Shown here piece by piece: positions 1-8,863 of a DNA stretch of 64,000 nucleotides; position 1 is the first letter of the stretch; each line of letters opens with the position of its first letter. The stretch comes from Fimicolochytrium jonesii. Taxonomy: Eukaryota. The translations under genes were made by a program, and so were the position numbers. The stretch is from the NCBI RefSeq assembly GCF_025526975.1, contig NW_026515687.1:124001-188000 (forward strand), given 5' to 3'. The notes beneath the pieces are model-generated. The model saw nothing but the letters and a program-made list of their open reading frames with translations, did no database searches and had not been told where the DNA came from.

Positions 1-479
1 TGGGGCCGGCGGGGAGGACTTAAAGGCATCGGAAGCAGAATTCAAGGTCTCCTGGTTTTCTGCGACTAGATGCGCTGGGTGAATCCCCTTTCCGTTCTTA
101 CGACAGAAATCACCCTGGAGACCAGATTTTGACGTACCTGTGTCGAGAGCGATGAATTAGGTCAATGTTGATGCAAAATGAGAGTGCAATGTTGTGAACA
201 GAGTGTGCGCTTAGCCTGTTTTGTTCTAAGATCTGTGCAGTCGAGTGACAAAGAGAGAGTATATATATGATACATTTGATGCTGCGGTTCGGTTGAGGCG
301 CGCTTCGGTTCAGCGGAAATGGATTTATATGGATGAGGAGAGGTTGTGCTTACTAAGCTTCTTTTCTTTCACTTGAGCGAAAATATAAAGATACAAGCTG
401 GTAGCACAAAGCTCATGAAGTCAATACCAAGGTAAGACCAGCTGGCTCTGCCAAAAATACTTTTCGAGGTCCATGCAAA

Positions 480-853
480 GCAAACATTTCTCCTGAGAAG
501 CAAACATAATGCCAGCGTGCGCAACAAAATGCAACCTTTTTCAGCCAGTTCGCACGAAACGCAAACATTTTGCCCGAGGATGTTTGAAACGCAAACATTT
601 CTTCCAAGGATCAAACATCTATTGAACCTTTCTTCCGAAGAGCAAACATTTCGCGTGTGGCGTGCATGAAATTCAAACATTTCCCCAAGGAAAAGATGTC
701 AAAAATTGTCAGCGTGCCCGCTGCGCCACATAGCGTTCCCGTCACGTGCGCTTTTACGTGTTTTATCAAACATTTCCGCAAGGAAAAGATGTCAAAAACT
801 GTCAGGGTGTCCCCTGCGCCACATAGCGTTCCCGTCACGTGCGCTTTTACGTT
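480..853. repeat. Reiterated CAAACATTT motif cluster including a ~93-bp two-copy tandem repeat (674-766, 767-~853)
   Basis: CAAACAT(TT) recurs about 8 times between 480 and 775. The unit caaacatttcc..aaggaaaagatgtcaaaaa..ctgcgccacatagcgttcccgtcacgtgcgcttttacg is present twice with few mismatches. Confidence 0.85.
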
Positions 854-1092
854 TTTTTCTTTCAACGGCGGTGGGAACTGACCATTCAGGATTTCGGCTA
901 TAGGAGCGACAGAGGAGCAGATACAAATACAGCTATACCACATTGGGACGGGGGGGATTGACAGAGGGAATACATGGTGGAATAAAGAGGGTGGAATATC
1001 GAGGGGAATATAGGCAGGGAATATGGCCGGTTAATTATGGGCGGGCTCCTAAACTGATAATTCACAGCAAGCTTGAGAAGGAGGGAGAAACG

Positions 1093-2189
1093 CTACAAAA
1101 GCCCATACGCCAAGGGTCCTTGACGATGGATTTCGGCCAAACCGTCCCAGAGGGGGCCGCCAAACGGGTTTGGGGACCGGGGGCTACCGTGCTCGTCAAG
1201 CAAGTCCGTGGGAAAGTAGAAGGTCAGCCGTTTGGAGCATGAGCTGTATTCGGGAAGCTTTTGGCCCTCATCCAAGCAAAAGAGGACGTAGATTCGCGTC
1301 GGGAATACGTGAGAACCCGTGATGGCATGGACGAAATTGTCCAGCGTCTGGTCCTTTGGAACTTCTTTCAATGCACATCGGGAGAGCTGCGCGGCGGTGT
1401 TGACGAGATCCCGGCTCATTGCAGATTTGCACGTGAATTCCAGATGGCGGGAAATCTCATCATACATGAGCAGTACAGGCGCGAATAACGACATGACGAC
1501 TCCGCATGGGACCGAATGGAGGATTCCGACAAATTCCACGCCCATCCCCTTTACCATGTCGGCCATCGGGCCATCCCTACTTGCGTACAGCACGTGGTAT
1601 TCGATCGAACGCGAATGGCGGTCGGCGTTTTCCCAGAACGTCCAGAGATCATTCCAGCTGCGGCGAAGCGGCTGCGGACGGTGTGCATCATTCACGTAAG
1701 TTGGAACATGAATAGGCACACCCAGTCGCTCAACGCATGCCCTGAGTCTACCGACGGAAGAACGGACTCGGTAAACCGTTCACTGAGGGCGGTCAAGAAC
1801 ACTGCAACGTCGAGTACATACCTGGCCTCCCATGTTTCACGCTTTGTTTTGCGGTCGATCCCCTTGTCACGCATACCCAACAGTACCTCGCCGAGTTCCT
1901 TGTCGAAGAGCTTCACCGTTTCCGCGGTGATCTGCCAATAATGGGGGAGGTGGATACCCGAGCAATTGTGGCTGTGGTGGAGGTAGTTTACAAAAGCAGG
2001 ATGGAGCGTTGTCGGAACGATTCGAGCCCAGCGATAGGCACATACAATGACCCGCCCAAGCATCTCGTACATGCCGTCCAAGCGATACGCCAAGTTGTGA
2101 GGCGATGCCACCGGTAGCAGCATATCTTCGCCTTCAAACCACGGCGTATCCTCCTTGCCGAAGTAGTGATCGATCAGGGCATGAAACTT
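1093..2189 (-). pseudogene. HECT-domain-like protein, 5'-truncated at the telomeric tract; one intron (1672-1721)
   Basis: Joining ORFs 1692..2123 and 1093..1719 through a GT..CAG intron keeps frame (SDW|PLRRSW). Motifs resemble HECT ligases: FHALIDHYF..PWFEG..LLP, YEMLGRVIVCAY..LHPAFVNYL, FVHAITGSHVFP..LPEYSSCSKRL (candidate catalytic Cys). The upstream frame runs into the telomeric repeat with no further ATG. Confidence 0.55.
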
Positions 2190-2239
2190 GGGGTTAGGGT
2201 TAGGATTAGGGTTAGGGTTAGGATTAGGGTTAGGGTTAC
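2188..2239 (+). repeat. Short interstitial telomeric repeat tract
   Basis: TTGGGG TTAGGG TTAGGA TTAGGG TTAGGG TTAGGA TTAGGG TTAGGG TTAC. TTAGGG is the canonical telomere repeat of many fungi. Confidence 0.92.
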
Positions 2240-2479
2240 AAGACCCCCTGGGTTGGGTTTTATTATTGGGTTGCCTGGAACCCTAGGGACTTAGAAATTT
2301 TCGAGTTTCTTGGTTTTGGGCAGTGTTCTACAGTTCAGATTCCAGGTTCCAAGGGGTAGGGTGCCGGGGGTGTGAGCTTTCTAGACGCCGACGAACTCTA
2401 TGGTAGTATACGTGGTGATGATGGAAAATTTATCTGTCATCATATATGTAAACGGAGCGGATAGTCACAACCAGCAATC

Positions 2480-3385
2480 ATGCGCGCGCTTGTCATCTCT
2501 TTGATCATCTTCGTGATCATTTTACTCATTGGTATCTTTGGTTGGACACAGGGTTGGTTCAAGGGCATCTTCAAGTCCGCTGCCAAGGCAGGATCAGGAT
2601 CAGGATCAGTATCTGGCACAGGATCAGGTACCAACACGCCAACACAGTGTCTCAAAACAGATACATTCCCCGTCACCGCCGTCGGCAAAACGGGCCAAGG
2701 AAGCTGCCCAGCCCCCCAGACTGGCACCGTCACAGCCATGTGTCAAGCGGATGGAACCTTCGGCCCAACCGATACATCTGGATGCGTCACCCCGAACACC
2801 ATCTCGGCTGGTGGCTATTGTGTTAACAATGGTGTCAACGTGTGGGACGAATGGCAATCAACGACGGGCAGGGCAAAATGCAACACTACAAACAACATGT
2901 GGACCGTGGAGTGCCCTGCTGGTACGGTGAAGACGAGCCTGTTCACCATGAGCAACACAGGTAGGGGCGGGGAAGGTGCGGTGTGTAGCCCAAAGGTTCA
3001 GGATGCCACAGCATGTCTGGGCGGGAAGCCAGGGATTTGGGACGAGCAAGCTCTGCCTCCGTCTGGAAAAGCCGCCTGCGACAAGACGGCCAACGTATAC
3101 GTCGGCGGCTGTCCTGCAGGAACGGAGAAGCATACCCTATTCAAGATGACGTATGGCGGTTACGGCGGGGAGGCTGCTCTTTGCGACGCTGGTACCGCCG
3201 CAGGTGGGGTGTGTTTGTATGGGGTACCTAACAGATGGGACGGTATCACAGAAACGTATGGAAACGCGAGCTGCGATAAAACTACAAATATCTATAGCGT
3301 AACCTGCCCTCCCGGGACTACCAAGATTCCAATCTACAACATGACGAATTCGAACCGTGGCGGTGAAGGGGCTATATGTGTCTGA
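2480..3385 (+). CDS. Type II membrane-anchored Cys-rich protein with a HormR/HRM-like domain and three ~60-aa 4-Cys repeats
   Basis: N-terminal hydrophobic helix, then a GS linker. FPVTAVGKTGQGSCP..GTVTAMCQADGTFGPTDTSGC resembles the hormone-receptor domain. Three repeats follow: C..WD..G.A.C..T.N.Y/W...CP.GT.K..L/I(F/Y).M....GGE.A.C. Confidence 0.8.
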   Translation: MRALVISLIIFVIILLIGIFGWTQGWFKGIFKSAAKAGSGSGSVSGTGSGTNTPTQCLKTDTFPVTAVGKTGQGSCPAPQTGTVTAMCQADGTFGPTDTSGCVTPNTISAGGYCVNNGVNVWDEWQSTTGRAKCNTTNNMWTVECPAGTVKTSLFTMSNTGRGGEGAVCSPKVQDATACLGGKPGIWDEQALPPSGKAACDKTANVYVGGCPAGTEKHTLFKMTYGGYGGEAALCDAGTAAGGVCLYGVPNRWDGITETYGNASCDKTTNIYSVTCPPGTTKIPIYNMTNSNRGGEGAICV

Positions 3386-3542
3386 AGTCCATGAATAATA
3401 GTCATGTGACCTGCCGCGTTTCAGTATGAAATTTTTTTTGGGAATCCAAAAAAAGATTTGCACCAAACGCGTATCCTCTCTTTACCAAAAAGGCGCGAGG
3501 ACACAAAGCGCGCCCCTTATACGCTCGCGAACACTACGAGTA

Positions 3543-4283
3543 ATGGCCGACCTAGAATCGCAGTACATACGAGACCGATACCTCGACAATGATCCAATGG
3601 ACCTGATAACTGAAGACGAATGCCGAGAGATCTGCTCATATATCCATCACACGCATGATGCGGACGTCGTGAGAGCCCTTCTCCGTCGTCACCCGGATCT
3701 ATGTCGGTGGCCAGAGTTCCCCTACTGCTCTCCGGTCCACTGCTGCATCCTGAACCTTCTCGTTCAAGCTGGGCTCGATCACCAGCATGCCATGACGTCC
3801 CTTAACAGAGCCGTCGTTTGGGAAGATTGGAGGGCTCTTGCTAGCCTCGCCAAGGTGAAACGCTTACCAACGACAACACTATTCGGAATCTTCCTCTGGG
3901 AAAGGGCGCTGCGGCATATTTCTCAGGACACCTTGAACTTCATGGTTACGCTTGACGATCCGTCCCCTTTCCTGCCGTCGTGTAGCTATGTGATACAGCA
4001 GAAGGCGATCACTTACGAAAACGCTGTCTTCGTTAAACCGTGGTCTGCAGAGGAAGCTGCGCTTGATATAGGAGACGTACCACTTAGTGTAGAGGATGGA
4101 TGCCGCGATGTGGATGAGTCTGATACACCTTCTATGATCAGGAGCCTTATCCGCCTTTGTCCTGACATCCTTCATGATCTCAAGCTGACCCCGCGATATC
4201 GTAGACCGTCGGTCATAGAGACACTCTCTGCTCTAGGTTGTTCCGGGCTGACGTATGAGGGCCACATCTGTGTAGACTTGTAG
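3543..4283 (+). CDS. Hypothetical protein, possibly degenerate ankyrin-like helical repeats
   Basis: Intronless 246-codon ORF from ATG 3543 (MADLESQY..). HDADVVRALLRRHPD and CILNLLVQAGLD are weakly ankyrin-like. Confidence 0.55.
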   Translation: MADLESQYIRDRYLDNDPMDLITEDECREICSYIHHTHDADVVRALLRRHPDLCRWPEFPYCSPVHCCILNLLVQAGLDHQHAMTSLNRAVVWEDWRALASLAKVKRLPTTTLFGIFLWERALRHISQDTLNFMVTLDDPSPFLPSCSYVIQQKAITYENAVFVKPWSAEEAALDIGDVPLSVEDGCRDVDESDTPSMIRSLIRLCPDILHDLKLTPRYRRPSVIETLSALGCSGLTYEGHICVDL

Positions 4284-4377
4284 CGTTTGCCTCTAGGGGG
4301 AAGGCAAAGCAGATGTAGATGGTATATAATGCAGGCCCTTTGTGCTTCTTACGCCTTACACAATCCGATACCTAAAC

Positions 4378-5046
4378 ATGAAAGACGAGGATCCCCCAGC
4401 GTACAGTCTGGACCAGCTCAATACTCGTCCTGATGCTACCTCAACCCGATTGAGCTCAGATGAGCCGGAGACGGGCAACGCGAGAACTGATCTGAGCAGA
4501 GCGGCCGCAGCTGGGCGTAAACGTACCGCGTTGTTGTGCCTGCTGTTCGTTGCTATCGCGTGCTTTTCGGCGATTGCCCTTGTCATATCTTCTCGAGCGT
4601 TGAACGGAAGGGTAGACGACTATATTGCCGCCCAGCGATCCGCTTTGGAGCGGAGACTTGACACTGAGTATGACCATTGTGGTTGCCTCCTGCTTTCTTT
4701 AGGAGACTATGACACACCGGTCAACGTAAGCGTATCATGCAGTACGGCCGTACGAAGCACCGTAACAAGATATCGCGGCCAACCTATTCCCCGCACGGAC
4801 ATAGAACAATCATGCTATTGGCCAAAGAGAGTGGATGAGCTAGTCTACTTCGGTTCTCGCGCGTCATTCCTAGAGTACGAGGAAGATTGGAGATGGAGCC
4901 GTGCACATTCGCCGGACACCGGCTGGGGACTGATCAAGGAACCAGGGCTCAAGACGCTCTTTGCTATTGGGGTTATAGCAGCTGTGCTCAATCTCTTCAC
5001 ATTCTGTTGTGTTCTATGTAGCTTAGCTCATCAAACAACTGGTTAA
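4378..5046 (+). CDS. Hypothetical two-TM membrane protein with an N-terminal PPxY motif
   Basis: MKDEDPPAYS start, two hydrophobic stretches (ALLCLLFVAIACFSAIALVIS; TLFAIGVIAAVLNLFTFCCVLC) flanking a Cys-containing loop. Confidence 0.65.
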   Translation: MKDEDPPAYSLDQLNTRPDATSTRLSSDEPETGNARTDLSRAAAAGRKRTALLCLLFVAIACFSAIALVISSRALNGRVDDYIAAQRSALERRLDTEYDHCGCLLLSLGDYDTPVNVSVSCSTAVRSTVTRYRGQPIPRTDIEQSCYWPKRVDELVYFGSRASFLEYEEDWRWSRAHSPDTGWGLIKEPGLKTLFAIGVIAAVLNLFTFCCVLCSLAHQTTG

Positions 5047-5353
5047 ACGGTTACACACACGATGGTGGCGCTGCGAGGCTCAAGCCTGTGGATTAGCCCC
5101 GGGCGTTCATTTGTGCGCTCACAGCTGTACTCGCATGTGGGGCTAGCAGCCGCGGACCTCAACATTCGCGTTGCGATACGCAAATGTGCCAAGACATAGA
5201 AACCTCTACTGTCGCAACCGTTGTTGCTTCCTTCCTCAAGCAACCGTTGTCTTGGCACGTTTAGATAAGAAGAAGGCCCGAGACGTTCCCCGCCCCAAAG
5301 TGAAAGGAAACCCGCAACGCAACACCAACCTTTCATCAACCTACCGCAGCATC

Positions 5354-5869
5354 ATGCCTGAGAAGAAAACCCTGTGGCACATCGCCCCCGACCACGCTAA
5401 GAGTTCAATCTCGACTGGTGGTCTTCGCTCCGGAAAGAAGTAAGACGTGTAACTGTATGTATCAAACTGTCTTGCACGCTAATCATCGCCGATGTGCTGC
5501 AGGGGAATGTACGGTCCAGCCGTCTATGCCACCGACAGCGTCCAATCTTCTAGCCGCAAAGCTCTCTGTGGAAACAAGCGTGTCGCTGTCAAGATTGAGG
5601 CCGATATGGGCAAGATGGCTGTGAGCACACGTGCGGACCCTAAAGGCTATCATCGCAACGCCGGATACGATAGCCTCCACGCTCCCTCCGGAACGGACGT
5701 ACGCAATTCCGAGTACGCCATCTACAACACAAAGAAGATTACCTCCTGGTCTGTGCACGAGCCGAAGAAAAATGGCGGCGGCTACAAGAAGACCGAGTGG
5801 GGCGGTACCAAGTTGGTTCAAGGGCCGGACGGGCGTACATCTCAGTATAGTCACTGGCAAGCCAAGTAG
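5354..5869 (+). CDS. H-Y-E (PARP/Gig2-like) ADP-ribosyltransferase; exons 5354-5439 and 5503-5869
   Basis: The 63-nt intron 5440-5502 has a GTAAGA donor, GCTAAT branch site and CTGCAG acceptor. The spliced product MPEKKTLWH..SISTGGLRSGKKGMYGPAVYATDS..SRKA..GYDSLHAP..NSEYAIYN shows the H, Y and E catalytic positions. Confidence 0.75.
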
Positions 5870-5889
5870 TGTAGAATACCTACGGAAGC

Positions 5890-6553
5890 ATGGATACTTG
5901 TGCTCTACCATACTTGTGCTCTACATGTACTTTACGAGCCGAGCGTCATGGCAGCTTCAGATATAGTAAACATTGTTTTGATCCTACTCCCGAGATCTAC
6001 AGCATCCACCAGCTTTGACTCTTCTGCGTTGTGGGGTGAGATATTGTTTTCTCAACGCTCAAGAAAGGCATCAGGCGGCCCTTCAAAGCCCTTGATAGTT
6101 ACATGTCACGTGAGGCAACGATTGTCTTCAAGCCGCTTGGTGAGCACGATACTGCTCTGTTACGGGAGCTCGATGCCAAATCTGAGGTTGCCCTCTACAT
6201 TGATAAGCTACGAGCGCAGATAGGGAAATCCGCAAGACAGGACAAAGCCGCCTATCGTGTGACACTCTATTGAGAGCTGCCGTGCCATGACGGACAGACC
6301 GTGTTACGTAATCGGAGACTCATAGCAGAGAAGTTGGAGCGAATCACGGCTTCCCTAGCGGAGCAACCAATCAGCCTTGATAATCTGAAGTTGTATGGAA
6401 TAGTGGGAAAACAGTTCCTACTGTACTTATCCGACGTTGATCGGCGCAGTGCCCCTTTCTCGTCATTGCTCAGTATCAGGAGGACATCAACGCGGAACAA
6501 GCACAGTTCCTTAAAAGGGTCATACAGCGGCTGGCTTTCGAGAAAAGTGTGTA
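5890..6553 (+). pseudogene. Decayed ORF of unknown function
   Basis: One reading frame from ATG 5890 is interrupted by three TGA codons (6016, 6037, 6271). A probable frameshift near 6445 leads into ..PFLVIAQYQEDINAEQAQFLKRVIQRLAFEKSV*. There is a 16-bp tandem duplication at 5894-5924. Confidence 0.4.
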
Positions 6554-6603
6554 AAGGGGGTAACCTCCTCTCTCAGTTGCCTCCGTGGCGGTTCCGCAAC
6601 ATT

Positions 6604-7014
6604 ATGTTTCAACAGGACGTACTGCGACACGTCTTTACACTGACAGACACCGATACGCTACACATCGTGCGCTTATCATGTCGTCTTGTCAAAGATCTGA
6701 TAGCCAGTGTGATCAGAGCACGTTTGATCAGGCTCGCTTTGCGGCGATGGAAAAGGAAGCTAATGCAATGCGAAGGTACAGTGTTCAGCCCGGCTGATGT
6801 TGGAATCGTAGGATGGCCGTTTGAGAAGGACATGTACAAATCCTACTCCTTTGACGTCGATAAGTTGACCAAACCAACGGGAGCGCACGTGCCACGTTTC
6901 TGGAACGGTGGCCTCATTTTGAAGGAGTACTATATGACATACGCGCCTCCTTTCAAGGTGGACATGACGGATGGCGAGTTCATCGTTGGGGTGACTGAAA
7001 AGGGTCTACGATAG
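6604..7014 (+). CDS. Small protein with an N-terminal F-box-like motif
   Basis: MFQQDVLRHVFTLTDTDTLHIVRLSCRLVKDLI matches the F-box pattern (D/E)VLxxIFxxLDxxxLxxxRLxCR. Confidence 0.55.
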   Translation: MFQQDVLRHVFTLTDTDTLHIVRLSCRLVKDLIASVIRARLIRLALRRWKRKLMQCEGTVFSPADVGIVGWPFEKDMYKSYSFDVDKLTKPTGAHVPRFWNGGLILKEYYMTYAPPFKVDMTDGEFIVGVTEKGLR

Positions 7015-7213
7015 TATCAACGCCGGGGGACAGCTCTTCGTCACTTGCTCTCTCCTCAGAGATGCTTATATAGATCCTTTGGGTTTACTGCTCCTCGTCA
7101 AACTGCCGTGGATACTTTTGAAGGCCTTGTATAGAGGCTGCTTGTATGTACATTCACTTTCATAACTTTGAATAAGCAAAGCCAGTTCATGTGACATGCG
7201 TAAGCAAAGTAAG

Positions 7214-8073
7214 TTACTCCACTGCCATACGCTTCTTTGCGAGCTCAACGTATTTGGCGTTGATCTCAAACGCAAGAAATCTGCAGCCGGGAAGCCTAGA
7301 ACAAGCCACCATCTCTGTCCCTGCCCCTGCAAAGGGAATGAGGACATTCGTTTCTATGCCTTCCTCAGTATGCATAGCGCTCTTTACAAGACGCTCGGTC
7401 AGTTGCAATGGCTTCTGAGAAGGGTGGGCAACGCCTTCCGATTTGCCGCAAGCCCCGCTCAAAGCTGAGACTTTGATGACGTCACGTGGTAACGCACCGT
7501 CCTCATGGATATTGTAGGCGGTTGCGACATTCCGCGAGTTTATACGCCCAGTAGAATCAGCAGCTCGGACCCTGCCAGGGCTGTACTTTTTGTACTCCTC
7601 AGTATAGGCTTCTCGCACTAGATCACGGTTAAACCTTGACCCTGGAAAGCGACACAAAAGGATGCTTTCATGCGATCGCTGAAAGCTCTTTGCCTTTGGA
7701 TTTGTCTTGTTCGTATCGTGCCAAACAAGCCAGTCCACTTTCCACGTGATGGCTTTGTTACCATGTATCCGGGCGTAGATCAGAGCCAACGTGGTGGACA
7801 GACCATAGATGTAACATGTACCTGTCCTCTTGAGAACACGGTGGCATTGGAGGATCCAATCCTTGCACCAAGCGAGATACTCATCCTCTCGCCTCTTATC
7901 ACTATCGTCCCAAAGTCCTTCCCAAAGTTGTACGGCGGGTCACATATGATGAGATCAGCTGACTCGGCCTGAACCGAATGGAATGCCTTTACGCAATCAG
8001 TGTGATGGACTGTATTGTCATAGGCGTACTTGACTACTACAGGTAGAGATGCAGGTACAGGAGTCTCTGCCAT
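7214..8073 (-). pseudogene. Beta-class N6-adenine/N4-cytosine DNA methyltransferase with a 1-bp frameshift near 7908
   Basis: ADLIICDPPYNFGKDFG, then after a shift DSDK..EYLAWCKDWILQCHRVLKRTGTCYIYG..VWHDTNK..FQRSHESIL..HPSQKPLQLTERLV..VLIPFAGAGT..FEINAKYVELA. The catalytic DPPY precedes the FxGxG SAM motif, which is the beta order. Confidence 0.9.
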
Positions 8074-8089
8074 GTCTGATATCAGGTTC

Positions 8090-8734
8090 CTACTTTACCC
8101 TAATCCGCGCTGGGTTGTATACGTCAATAGGAGGATCCCTACTTTTTATATCAGTCTCAACGCGGACGCATATCTGCTGCTGAGTTCGTGTATCGTCTTC
8201 CCTCCTCGCCTCCGTGACAATGACTGATTGCCTTGCGAACCATCTGAGAACTCTCCATAGTTTCAACCCCACATAGGATGTGATCCCAACTACAAGAGGC
8301 CCGTTGATGAGGACGAATGTGATGGCAAATCCCTTGATCAAGCCGCTGCTCCACACGCATTCAAAGTGTTCATCCAAGGCCACCCCAAAGGAGGCCAGCT
8401 GAAAGACGAATGTAAAGGATGCCACCACGAGGAGGCCGAGTATGACAAACGCAGCAGCAAATTGAAGGGCAGGCCACTTTTCATACGGCGCAGAATTGAC
8501 CAACGCAATAGAGGCGAGTGCAGAAACAAATATGGTAAGGTCAGCGACTCCAGAGGCGAACGGGGCGCATTCTTGCGCAGTCTTGGCGCGGATATGTTGA
8601 GCAATCGACTTGCGGGCATGAAGTAAAGCGTAACCGGTAAGGCCAATAGAGAGGGCGAGACGTAGTGTAGCAACGATGAAAGGCCAGTTAGGTCTAATGA
8701 CTTGGGCTTTGAGAGGTTTGTATGGGGTAGCCAT
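8090..8734 (-). CDS. Hypothetical four-TM membrane protein
   Basis: Intronless ORF (MATPYKPL.., alternative ATG at 8806) with four hydrophobic segments. Confidence 0.6.
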   Translation of the reverse strand: MATPYKPLKAQVIRPNWPFIVATLRLALSIGLTGYALLHARKSIAQHIRAKTAQECAPFASGVADLTIFVSALASIALVNSAPYEKWPALQFAAAFVILGLLVVASFTFVFQLASFGVALDEHFECVWSSGLIKGFAITFVLINGPLVVGITSYVGLKLWRVLRWFARQSVIVTEARREDDTRTQQQICVRVETDIKSRDPPIDVYNPARIRVK

Positions 8735-8847
8735 TTTGTGTGGGATGTTGGCAAGTAGGTAACTGCTTCTGGCTCTGCGATCGAGACGTATGTATGCTAG
8801 CACCATATCGGCTCCGTATCACGTGATTGCGCTCAATTGCGCTGGCG

Positions 8848-8863
8848 AGTTTATCGATAAACT
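8848..8863. promoter_or_regulatory. Palindromic motif AGTTTATCGATAAACT (copy 1 of TTTATCGATAAA)
   Basis: Perfect 16-bp palindrome in the short gap upstream of the minus-strand 4-TM gene. The same core occurs at 9924 and 12016. Confidence 0.5.

Noticed and set aside
2188..2239. True chromosome end
   Set aside because: Only ~50 bp long, with complex sequence on both sides.
4286..4308. Hairpin terminator (TTTGCCT..AGGCAAA) after ORF 3543-4283, as in the mimivirus hairpin rule
   Set aside because: The stem is only 7 bp, and I did not see equivalent hairpins after other island genes.
5890..6553. Alternative genetic code or selenocysteine readthrough of TGA
   Set aside because: Other island genes end normally at TGA (3385, 10969, 12005), and the ARH lesion is TAG. 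Mutational decay is simpler.
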